A stretch of DNA of 64,000 nt from Candidatus Thorarchaeota archaeon (GTDB lineage: Archaea > Asgardarchaeota > Thorarchaeia > Thorarchaeales > Thorarchaeaceae): the NCBI GenBank assembly GCA_011364905.1, contig RDNZ01000003.1, positions 227-64,226 on the forward strand. The letters are read 5' to 3'. How positions within the stretch are numbered: the first letter of the stretch is position 1; each line of letters starts with the position of its first letter. Positions 34,193 through 43,117 of the stretch are shown piece after piece. A program made the position numbers and the translations under genes. Under the pieces are notes generated by a model, which was given only the letters and a program-made list of their open reading frames with translations, searched no databases and was not told the origin of the DNA.

Positions 34193-36307
34193 ATGGATAT
34201 TGGTACAATTCTTTTAATTGCTGCTGCCGCAGTTGGAGTTTTAGACGCACTCATAATGCTGCTGGGACCAAGAATCAAAGGATACGAAAACTACTCATTT
34301 GTTGCATCGTTAATTGGCTTCTTTGCCAGTACTGCTGCAATTGTTTGGCTAGGTTTTCTGATTTTCACGAATCAGTTTCAGTATGTATATGTAACACAGG
34401 TCACTGAGAGAAGTGCTAGTGTATTGCTCAAGATATCAGGTCTTTGGGCTGGTCAATCAGGTTCTCTGGTTTTTTGGACGTTCTTGTCCTTCACGTTATA
34501 CTTTGGTTTCCGCGCTTTGACCCGTGGGTATGAGGATGACAAACTTGTTTATCGTGCAGCAATAATCATGGTAGCAGAGTCTGTCATTATTGCAGTGAAC
34601 ACTCTTGTTGCTAGACCATTTAGACTGATAGAAGGAACAATTCCGTCTGACGGGTTCGGTCTGAATCCGCTTCTCTCAACTCTTCTGAATGTGATTCATC
34701 CTCCACTCATCTTCATCTCATATGCGCTCATACTTGTACCTTTCTCAGTCAAGTTGGCAGGATTCACTCTCAGTAGTGAAGACCGTAATCAGGATCCAAT
34801 CCCTGTCGTGAATGCGTATGTTCGTTTCATGACAATACTTGCTTGGATTTTGCTCTCTTGTGGCATTGCGATTGGTGGATATTGGGCTTACACGGTTCTT
34901 GGATGGGGCGGCTATTGGGCTTGGGACCCCGTAGAAACAACGTCATTGATTCCATGGTTGCTTATCACACTCTACTATCATGCTAGACCGACGTTGCGCA
35001 AGAATGATGTAATCCGCGACTCGTTCCTTGTGATGGCGTACATCACTGTTCTCTTTGCCACATGGACAACAAGAAGTGGAGTTCTCTCATCAGTTCACGG
35101 ATTTGCCATAAGCCTTGTCAGCTGGACAATGCTAGCAACACTCGTATCCAACTTGATAATTGGTGTAGGACTTGCATTTTACTCTGGCTTTAAAGACATG
35201 ACAGATGATGATCAATTGTCTGGACCTGGATTCTTTGACACCTCTAATGTTCGAACATTCTCCATCAAAGTCGCACTCATCGGGTTGCTGGTTGTCGCGG
35301 CGACCTCAACAATTGGAGTCGCTCTTCCAGCCACTTACAATGTTGGAATAGCGATATTTGATCCCACACATCTTTCGGACAGGATGATTGGAATGGACAC
35401 AGAGTTCTTCAGGATTGGTTTCTATGCCTCATGTGCCTTCCTCATTGCCTCCGCATTCTATTGTATGCGAACGGATTTCCTCACTTATCGGAGACGAGGA
35501 ATCATCTTGATAGTTGTCTTTGGAATTGGGGCAATACTCGCATTCATCACTGCCTTTGGAAATATAATCCTAGAATTTCTTGGAATTGGTTGGCGCTTCG
35601 GACCAATGCCAACTTACTACTGGCCTGCGAATCTCTTGATTCTTCCAGCAGCTGCAGGTATCGTATTTCTAGCAGTTGCATTCGCCCGATTACTAGCTGG
35701 AAAAGAACGGATTGCCAGCACACGTCACATTGGTCGTCTAATGCTTCACCTGGGATTGATCATCTTGCTTCTCGGAGTTTTCATGAGTGAGAATGTTGTC
35801 TACGAATCAAACTCTACTTACCTCACAGCTCAGATGAATGAAGTCGCTCCGAATTTGTATATTCGAGTTGCAGATATCGACTTGCAGTCTTGGGTCGATT
35901 CATCAAACTTCCACATGGTTGTGGAAATTAATGTGGTCAGGAATACGACTCAGGGCTGGCGGGTAATCGGACTGGGTTATACTACTGTCACGGGCGATCC
36001 AAACTGGAATATGATCAGCCATACGGTCTATCTGGACTCAACGGCTTTGAGGGATGTATTCGTAGCTGTGACTGGATTTTCGCAAGGCAGTGAAGGTCTT
36101 CAGGTGACTATTCATACAAAGGTACTGCCACTCATCTCATTCGTCTGGATTGGCGCCGTATTCATGATTCTGGCAATGGTTCCTATGTCTTGGATAGAGG
36201 TGCAATCTCTACTGAAGTCAATGCATGGAAAAGAAACGCATCTCTACGAAGATGATGAAAATGACGAGCATTTTGAAGTATCTAAGGATGTGATTCCAGA
36301 AAACTAA
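34193..36307 (+). CDS. ccmF: Cytochrome c haem lyase / haem-handling protein CcmF
   Basis: 704 aa polytopic protein with the WWD-type motif WGGYWAWDPVETTSLIPWL. Confidence 0.9.
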   Translation: MDIGTILLIAAAAVGVLDALIMLLGPRIKGYENYSFVASLIGFFASTAAIVWLGFLIFTNQFQYVYVTQVTERSASVLLKISGLWAGQSGSLVFWTFLSFTLYFGFRALTRGYEDDKLVYRAAIIMVAESVIIAVNTLVARPFRLIEGTIPSDGFGLNPLLSTLLNVIHPPLIFISYALILVPFSVKLAGFTLSSEDRNQDPIPVVNAYVRFMTILAWILLSCGIAIGGYWAYTVLGWGGYWAWDPVETTSLIPWLLITLYYHARPTLRKNDVIRDSFLVMAYITVLFATWTTRSGVLSSVHGFAISLVSWTMLATLVSNLIIGVGLAFYSGFKDMTDDDQLSGPGFFDTSNVRTFSIKVALIGLLVVAATSTIGVALPATYNVGIAIFDPTHLSDRMIGMDTEFFRIGFYASCAFLIASAFYCMRTDFLTYRRRGIILIVVFGIGAILAFITAFGNIILEFLGIGWRFGPMPTYYWPANLLILPAAAGIVFLAVAFARLLAGKERIASTRHIGRLMLHLGLIILLLGVFMSENVVYESNSTYLTAQMNEVAPNLYIRVADIDLQSWVDSSNFHMVVEINVVRNTTQGWRVIGLGYTTVTGDPNWNMISHTVYLDSTALRDVFVAVTGFSQGSEGLQVTIHTKVLPLISFVWIGAVFMILAMVPMSWIEVQSLLKSMHGKETHLYEDDENDEHFEVSKDVIPEN

Positions 36308-36417
36308 ACAAACCAAATGTGCTAACTAATGGTCGAGCTTCTGGTTCGACCAACCACTCTTATTTCTCAAGAAGGGTTAATAGATGTCGCTTGTTTAGCC
36401 AGATAAGACAGCTCTGG

Positions 36418-37620
36418 ATGGAATCCAACTTGGCACAATTATATGATGTTGCAGTAGTAGGTGCTGGTCCTGCAGGTTCATCTACAGCAAGAGTTGTGGC
36501 CAAAGAGGGATTCCGAACTATTGTGATTGACAGACGCTCTAGTTTAGGTCTTCCTGTCCAGTGTGGCGAGTTAATCCCTACACCATCTGAAGCTCGCAAC
36601 TTGTTTCCCCGATCAAAAAGAATGCCTCGAGCGGTCCATGTTCCCAGCAGATTTGTGACAAATAAGACCAAGTTGATACGTCTGGTTTCCCCTAACGGAT
36701 CCGTCTACGAGTTTTCTTTCAACGCTAATATTATTGACAGAGCAGAGTATGATCCCTATCTGGCGCGCCAAGCTCAGGATGCGGGAGCCAAGTTCTTGAT
36801 TGAATCAACTCTGAAAAAGCGTTCTGCCAATAACAATCTGCTCATTAAGTCAGGGGTTTCAGAAACTGAAATCCTCTCAAAACTCGTTGTGGGAGCCGAT
36901 GGTGCTAACTCGGTCGTAGCACGGTCTCTTGGGCAACACTTCATTCACTCTGATAAAGACCTTAGCCCTTCACTTCAGTATGTCATGAGTGGCGCGGATG
37001 TTGATACCTCGGTCGTGGAAATGCATTTTGGCGGAAAAATTGCACCAGGTGGCTACGCATGGTGTATTCCGAAGGAGGATGGGATTGCCAATGTGGGATT
37101 CGGCATGAGACGATCTCTGGCCCGGGATGCTACACCACTTCGCGCATACCTTGAGAGATTCGCATTCAAAACTCTCTCATCATCGTTGAAGAATGCAAAA
37201 ATCTCGAGCCGAGTAGCTGCGATTATTCCTATGGGAGGACCATTAAGAAAGACTTGGACCAACAACGTACTTTTGGTTGGAGATGCTGCGGGTCATGTAA
37301 TGGCATCCAATGGTGGCGGGATTCCTACAGCCCTTTGTGGCGGTGAAATTGCCGGAGACGTGGTTTCTAAGCATTTGGAGAAAGGTACTCCGCTCTCTGA
37401 CTACGAACGCATTTGGAAAAAGGAGTATGGTAAGGAGCTCGAAACTGCGTTACGAGTCTTACGAGTAGCTGACACAGTGATGCCTTCAGATACAATTACT
37501 GACATTTGTATGAAACTCGCAGGAGTACGATTTCTTGAACCATTGATTAGATGTCGTCTTCCCGCTCCTGTTGATATAGCCTCTAAAACAGTGGTCAAGG
37601 TTCTCAGTCAATTCATGTAA
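36418..37620 (+). CDS. Geranylgeranyl reductase family flavoprotein (prenyl-chain reductase)
   Basis: Start re-assigned to MESNLAQLYDVAVVGAGPAGSS. Also LVVGADGANSVVA and GDAAGHVMASNGGGIPTAL. Confidence 0.8.
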   Translation: MESNLAQLYDVAVVGAGPAGSSTARVVAKEGFRTIVIDRRSSLGLPVQCGELIPTPSEARNLFPRSKRMPRAVHVPSRFVTNKTKLIRLVSPNGSVYEFSFNANIIDRAEYDPYLARQAQDAGAKFLIESTLKKRSANNNLLIKSGVSETEILSKLVVGADGANSVVARSLGQHFIHSDKDLSPSLQYVMSGADVDTSVVEMHFGGKIAPGGYAWCIPKEDGIANVGFGMRRSLARDATPLRAYLERFAFKTLSSSLKNAKISSRVAAIIPMGGPLRKTWTNNVLLVGDAAGHVMASNGGGIPTALCGGEIAGDVVSKHLEKGTPLSDYERIWKKEYGKELETALRVLRVADTVMPSDTITDICMKLAGVRFLEPLIRCRLPAPVDIASKTVVKVLSQFM

Positions 37621-37621
37621 A

Positions 37622-38677
37622 CTAGTAGAGTCTCTTCATAGCAAAATTTGCCAGTAGCAAAAGCAAATCTTCATTTGCAAACCCATAACCTCGAATTGCT
37701 TCTTTTGCCTTCAGCATGAACTTTTTAGAAACCTCAATCGATTCCTCAACAGATCTGCTCTCACTGATTCTTTTAAGAGCATACTCCAAATCGCCATCAT
37801 TTAACTTTCGAACAAACTCCTCCTTCTGTTTGGAAGAGCATCTCTCTACTGCATGAGCAAGTACATAGTTGCTACGGCTGCCCCTAAGATCGGATAGTAC
37901 TGTCTTTCCGGTTCCGTTTTGAGTTGCAACAATGTCAAGAATGTCATCTCTGATTTGAAACGAATATCCGAGATTTTCAGAGTACTTGATTAATGCCTCT
38001 ATTTGGTTTTTGTCTGCCTTGCCAAGCATGGCTCCGACCTTGGCTGCTGCAGTCATGAATGAAACAGTCTTCATGCGAATAATCTCCAGTGCTGCATCAG
38101 TGGTATATGACTGAATCTTGTCCTGGCTTAGCAGAAGATCTGCGGCCTCACCTTCACACATCCTTATCCCTCCAGCTGCAACATATGTGAGAAGTTCAGG
38201 AGTCGACCTTTCTCCAATCAGCTTGATTGCGAGAGCGACCAACAAATCACCTGCAATAATCGCCATCTTTCTCCCGTACTTCTTATGTGTGGTTTCGACA
38301 CCCCTCCGAATGCTGTCTTCGTCAACGACATCATCATGAATCAGACTTGCTGTTTGAATGAACTCAGTAGCGACAGCAAATGGCAATGCATCAACGACTG
38401 ATCCCCCAACAGCTTCAGCGCAGAGAACAAGCAAAAGAGATCTCAATCGCTTTCCGCCCGCAAGAATGAGATGCCGCGTGGTCTCGTAGAGAATGGGCGG
38501 ATCTCCATTTTCATCTAGAAGACAGCGTTTAATCTCTTCATTGATGAGATTGATGCGGGTTCGTATCTTTTCGTTCTCAAGCAAACCTGATGCATCCATC
38601 AATCTCAGTGATTCTTCGTCTGCAGGAGACTTGGGACTTGAGTCAACAGAGGTTCGTTCTGACATTGATTGATACAC
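37622..38677 (-). CDS. Trans-polyprenyl diphosphate synthase, predicted long-chain product
   Basis: 351 aa. First Asp-rich motif LIHDDVVDED, second RDDILD. The residues at -5/-4 before the first motif are small (Ala and Ser in TASLIHDD), the pattern associated with long-chain products. Confidence 0.8.
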   Translation of the reverse strand: MYQSMSERTSVDSSPKSPADEESLRLMDASGLLENEKIRTRINLINEEIKRCLLDENGDPPILYETTRHLILAGGKRLRSLLLVLCAEAVGGSVVDALPFAVATEFIQTASLIHDDVVDEDSIRRGVETTHKKYGRKMAIIAGDLLVALAIKLIGERSTPELLTYVAAGGIRMCEGEAADLLLSQDKIQSYTTDAALEIIRMKTVSFMTAAAKVGAMLGKADKNQIEALIKYSENLGYSFQIRDDILDIVATQNGTGKTVLSDLRGSRSNYVLAHAVERCSSKQKEEFVRKLNDGDLEYALKRISESRSVEESIEVSKKFMLKAKEAIRGYGFANEDLLLLLANFAMKRLY

Positions 38678-38773
38678 CTAGTTGTTTTGTTCCAAATCGT
38701 AAGCACCTTAAAGCAATTACCGTTCTTATTGCAAACGTCATAGTAAAGGTAAGCCTTTTCTGCATGACGAATT

Positions 38774-39853
38774 TTGAGCAGATGTCTGGTGAACCAATTG
38801 AATTCCAGTGAAGGCACAGAATTAGAAAAGCCATCAAAAGTCCGTATATGGTTGGGTGAGATGAGGGCTCCTTTTCTTACAGGAGCAATTGTTCCTGTCA
38901 TACTTGGAACATGCGTTGCTTGGGCATCAACTGGTACATTCTTGCTTGACATATTCCTTCTGACCCTTGCTGCTGGAGTTTTTGTCCACATTGCTTCCAA
39001 TGTGGCCAATGATTACTATGACCACAAAAGCGGTGCTGATGACATCAATGTGGAGTTCGTTCGACCGTTCACCGGAGGGAGTCGGATGATCCAGAGAGGC
39101 TGGATGTCTCCCCGAGAAGTATTCGCCGAGGCAATGATCTTCTTTATTCTTGGAGGCGGCATCGGGATATACCTTGCATATACAAGAGGGATTATTGTTC
39201 TTTATCTTGGAATAATAGGCGTTGGATCAGGTTTCTTCTACACAGCACCTCCTTTTCGTTTTGTAAGTCGAGGGTACGGCGAGGTGTTCATAGGTCTGAA
39301 CTTCGGTGTACTCATGACTCTTGGAGCATATTTTGTTCAAACTCAGGTCTTGGCATGGGAGGCTGTATTTCCATCAATCCCGGTTGCAATCCTCATTACA
39401 GCGGTTCTGTACATCAATGAGTTTCCGGACCATGATGCTGATCGAGACTCTGGTAAAAGAACAATTGTTGTTAGACTTGGTCGGCAAAGAGCTGCAAAAG
39501 GCTATGTAGTCCTTATGGCCTCAGTCTATCTATCGATTCTCCTCCCTATACTGCTGCTCCTCACCAACTGGTACACAATACTTGGTATTGCGACCCTACC
39601 CGCTGCAGTCCTGGGGTCTCGCTATGCTCTTGCTCACTATGACCAGTCTCTCCCATTGACTCCTGCGTACGCGTCTACCGTCTTCAATCACTTATTTACA
39701 GGTCTTTTCCTATCCCTCTCCTATCTCCTAATAGGCTTGGGAAGACCGCCTATTTGCATAGTTCTGTGGGGATCCATCTGTCTGGCAATCTCTTTGATAT
39801 TCTACCTAATGACAGAGCGTAAAGTAAAAGCAATGGCTAATCCTCAAATTTAG
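38774..39853 (+). CDS. menA: UbiA-family prenyltransferase, MenA-like (1,4-dihydroxy-2-naphthoate polyprenyltransferase)
   Basis: 359 aa with 8-9 TM helices. NVANDYYDHKSGAD and INEFPDHDADRDSGKRT match the MenA Asp-rich motifs. The TTG start at 38774 is uncertain; GTG at 38789 is an alternative. Confidence 0.75.
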   Translation: MSRCLVNQLNSSEGTELEKPSKVRIWLGEMRAPFLTGAIVPVILGTCVAWASTGTFLLDIFLLTLAAGVFVHIASNVANDYYDHKSGADDINVEFVRPFTGGSRMIQRGWMSPREVFAEAMIFFILGGGIGIYLAYTRGIIVLYLGIIGVGSGFFYTAPPFRFVSRGYGEVFIGLNFGVLMTLGAYFVQTQVLAWEAVFPSIPVAILITAVLYINEFPDHDADRDSGKRTIVVRLGRQRAAKGYVVLMASVYLSILLPILLLLTNWYTILGIATLPAAVLGSRYALAHYDQSLPLTPAYASTVFNHLFTGLFLSLSYLLIGLGRPPICIVLWGSICLAISLIFYLMTERKVKAMANPQI

Positions 39854-39867
39854 CGCGAATTATCTTT

Positions 39868-40344
39868 CTAGGCTTTCCACTGGAAGAATCTCGCACCCTT
39901 CCAGAATGATATCTTCCGGGGTTTCACCTGAATAGCTATTCTGGATCCCATGGGATACCCAGGTCCAAGAAAGTGCATGTATTTTGCCAGGAACTCAACC
40001 ATGACAATATTGTCCGCTACCTCCATTTCAATGAGCTGTGCCCGTCCTTGGATCATCACCCCACGATTGCCAGCCGGGGACTTGGGATCTCTTCGGTCGA
40101 CAGTGACACAGACTCGAGTGTTTCTACGAATGTTCGCAACCTTTCGACTTGTTTTCGTTGATACCAAATAGATGGATTTTGAATCATCATCCCAAAGATA
40201 GAACATCGCTGTCAAATGGGGATCGCAACCTGATTCAACAGTCCCAAGGTAAGCAAAGAAGCCATTTTCAAGGATTTCAAGTGCTCCCTTTGGAATGTTC
40301 TTCAATTTGGATGTGTAAGCTTTGTGCGGTTTTGCTAGTAGCAT
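39868..40344 (-). CDS. PNPOx-like split-beta-barrel flavin/deazaflavin-binding protein
   Basis: 158 aa with a typical pyridoxamine-5'-phosphate-oxidase-fold sequence pattern (..AYLGTV..PHLTAMFYLWDD..IYLVSTKTSRKVANIRRNTRVCVTVD..). Confidence 0.65.
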   Translation of the reverse strand: MLLAKPHKAYTSKLKNIPKGALEILENGFFAYLGTVESGCDPHLTAMFYLWDDDSKSIYLVSTKTSRKVANIRRNTRVCVTVDRRDPKSPAGNRGVMIQGRAQLIEMEVADNIVMVEFLAKYMHFLGPGYPMGSRIAIQVKPRKISFWKGARFFQWKA

Positions 40345-40348
40345 CTTA

Positions 40349-41635
40349 TCACGCTCTCAACACTCTTGGTTTTGCTTCACGCCAGTATGTGATGTGTTCT
40401 GGTTCAATTCGAACCATGACCCTCGATATGAATGGCTTGTTCTGCCATGCTAGAGGCAGTTCTGCCACATTGGTTTCATAGTATTTCATGTATCTTGGAT
40501 ATTTCTGAGCAAACAATGAGCGAACTCGAACCATCCAAAGGCCATAGATGAACATTCTAGCTATGCCCATAGGCGTTATCTCACCAAGGATGAGTCCCTT
40601 TCCTTTTATCATAACAGCTCGGTTTCTCATAGGATTAGTGGAATCTCTCATGTCCACAAGGATGGAAACCTTGGGATTCTTTCTCACTATTCGATACTTT
40701 GCTGAGGCGACTGAAATTCCCACATAGATGTATTTTCCATCATAGACAAAGATCACAGGAGTCACATGTGGCTGTTCCTTATCGCATATTCCCACGTAGG
40801 CAAATCTCTCATTATGCAATATGCTCTCTACATCCGGCGGGAACCAAGGAACTGTTTCCATTGCAAGGAAACTAATGAATGAAAGAACCAATATCGAAAC
40901 CAGATATGCAAGAATTGCCAAAAAGAGCAAATCTGAATAAACAGCTAATGGCGCAAGAAGTACCGCCGATGCTCCCCAATAGAGGTTCACTGAATCCAAA
41001 AACTTGAGTGTTCGGACTTCGGAATACGCAGTATACTGTAGTCCTCTCCTTCTTCTTGCAGCATAGCTAAGCGCTATCGACCTTCGAGCAGCGAAAAGTG
41101 TAGTCATAAACGAAAGACCCAGTCTATAGCTAACATCCCATGCCAGAACAAGAACTAAGATGAATAGTAATGGATTGCCATAACCTTCCCCCAAGAAGTG
41201 TTCCAAGAACACAGGAGTCCTGATAGTGTAAACAATGACTACGACAAAGCAGAGTATACCTGCCACAAGCTCATATCTTCTCTTCATTAGCAGATCTTCT
41301 TTGTATTCTCGAAGCACATGAAGCTCCTGCTCATTCGTTGGATTCCTTAGCTTTCGCATCGAAGGAATGATGAATAGACAACCTGCAGACCAGACAACAG
41401 TATACATTATGATTAGGGAGCCAAGTATTGCAGATTCAAAGGGCATTTGAAAATAGACGAATGCAAAGATGCCCACTGCCTCGACAAGGAAAAGTTGTGC
41501 AATCACATCCCATGTTGGAGGTAGCCATTTGAATGGAGGGATGCGTTCTACAATCTCTTCATAGATCCATTTTCTTTGAGCTTGCTTTTGGCTTCCAGAA
41601 ACCACAGACATCATTTTGTAGCTCTGCACGGTCAT
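40349..41635 (-). CDS. Membrane protein (about 7 TM) fused to a C-terminal PNPOx-like split-beta-barrel domain
   Basis: 428 aa. The N-terminal 270 aa are hydrophobic. The C-terminal region, FAYVGICDKEQPHVTPVIFVYDGKYIYVGISVASAKYRIVRKNPKVSILVD.., is paralogous in pattern to the neighbouring 158-aa protein. Confidence 0.6.
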   Translation of the reverse strand: MTVQSYKMMSVVSGSQKQAQRKWIYEEIVERIPPFKWLPPTWDVIAQLFLVEAVGIFAFVYFQMPFESAILGSLIIMYTVVWSAGCLFIIPSMRKLRNPTNEQELHVLREYKEDLLMKRRYELVAGILCFVVVIVYTIRTPVFLEHFLGEGYGNPLLFILVLVLAWDVSYRLGLSFMTTLFAARRSIALSYAARRRRGLQYTAYSEVRTLKFLDSVNLYWGASAVLLAPLAVYSDLLFLAILAYLVSILVLSFISFLAMETVPWFPPDVESILHNERFAYVGICDKEQPHVTPVIFVYDGKYIYVGISVASAKYRIVRKNPKVSILVDMRDSTNPMRNRAVMIKGKGLILGEITPMGIARMFIYGLWMVRVRSLFAQKYPRYMKYYETNVAELPLAWQNKPFISRVMVRIEPEHITYWREAKPRVLRA

Positions 41636-41678
41636 ATATTTACATGTCGAAACCTAGCGATGCTTCGATAAGGAACTA

Positions 41679-42905
41679 CTACCCATAGATTTCATCAAGG
41701 CCGTCCCATGTCAACCCAAGTGCTTGAGCCACCAGAACAACTAAGTCTTTCACTGTCTTGCTGGAACCAGCCTGCGGCAATTGGTCGGCCATGAAGTCAA
41801 CGCAAGATGGACATCCTGCAGCAACCACGTTTGCATTTGTGGCTTCTATGTCCTCAACTTTCAGCCGGTTAATCTTCAAAGCAAAGTCTGCATCATATGC
41901 CCTGAGTACACCACCCGAACCACAACAGAAGCAGTTTTTCTTATTATGTGGCAACTCCTCGAATGTGACTCCAGGGAGATATTCCAGTACCTTTCTAGGC
42001 TCCTCAAAGAATCCGGTATTCCGACCTGCGTCACAACCATCATGAAAAGTGACTGTCATGTCAAGTGGAGTGTTAAGCCCCGTCAATTTTCCTCTATCAA
42101 GTAAGTCTGCAAGATATTGATAGCCATAGAGTATCTCGAAACCATGGTCAATCCCCAAGAATTCATGATACTCATGTGCCCACATCTTGTAGCATCCTGG
42201 GCAGTTGGTGAATATCCGCTCGACACCCAGTTCTTTGTATTTCTGGATATTGTGCTCTGCAAGAGCTCGTGCTCCCTCAAAATCTCCAGACATAATCAGG
42301 GGTGCACCGCAGCAATATTCCTCTTCACCAAGTAGAGTGTACTCTTCGCCAATCTTATCCATTATCAAAGTGGACGCAATTGTGGCTTGAATTGATACGC
42401 CTCGAAATGATGATGCACACCCAACGAAGAAGGCAGTCTTTGCTGGTGTTCCCTGTTTATCTAGCAGGTCATCCTCATTAGGAGTCCAGTATGACCAACC
42501 TTCGATTCTATCCATTTGCGCTTGTCCTTGAATATTGTGACTTTTGAGAAGCGTTTCTTTTGCCATGTTCAACTCTTCTGGCCACATCCCCCGCTTCATG
42601 AATTCAGAGCGCATCGCTTGGTAGATCTTGACGAATGGGATGTCGACCTGACAGACCTCTTCACAACCACCACAAAGCGTGCACCCAAAAATGCCATTTC
42701 TCAATCCTTCAAGTCCTTCATTGGGTTTGATGCGACCCTGCATCAATGCCCGAGTCAATAGCATCTTTCCCTTTCCAGAATAAGTGTCCCGCCGCTTGAC
42801 CTTGTAGGTCGGGCAGGCTCCGTGGCCAACTTGGCAAAAACTGCATTGAGCACATGTATACGCATAGTCTTGGAGGTCAAAATCATTGAGTGTCTGAAAT
42901 TCCAT
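41679..42905 (-). CDS. CCG-domain Fe-S oxidoreductase (GlcF/HdrD-like), cassette E, divergent from the FAD-oxidase::NuoB gene
   Basis: 408 aa. CAQCSFCQVGHGACP, CTLCGGCEEVCQ, YCCGAPL..CPGC, and HDGCDAGR..CCGSGG..CPSC. Confidence 0.85.
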   Translation of the reverse strand: MEFQTLNDFDLQDYAYTCAQCSFCQVGHGACPTYKVKRRDTYSGKGKMLLTRALMQGRIKPNEGLEGLRNGIFGCTLCGGCEEVCQVDIPFVKIYQAMRSEFMKRGMWPEELNMAKETLLKSHNIQGQAQMDRIEGWSYWTPNEDDLLDKQGTPAKTAFFVGCASSFRGVSIQATIASTLIMDKIGEEYTLLGEEEYCCGAPLIMSGDFEGARALAEHNIQKYKELGVERIFTNCPGCYKMWAHEYHEFLGIDHGFEILYGYQYLADLLDRGKLTGLNTPLDMTVTFHDGCDAGRNTGFFEEPRKVLEYLPGVTFEELPHNKKNCFCCGSGGVLRAYDADFALKINRLKVEDIEATNANVVAAGCPSCVDFMADQLPQAGSSKTVKDLVVLVAQALGLTWDGLDEIYG

Positions 42906-43117
42906 TGCAGTGCGTCTCCGCTTGTGAGTGACTCATGAGTTGCGGCGCAACACACCTTAAAATCTTTCCAGTTTAACACAGAATCACTTGGAGTAACGAT
43001 TCTGGCATTTTTCGAGTACAAAGTGCACTTTTTAATCTGGCACGCTAGGTTTTTATCTTACAACTTTCCAAGCCACAAAGTGTAAGCGGCTCTGTTCATG
43101 AGCTGGAGAGTGGACTA

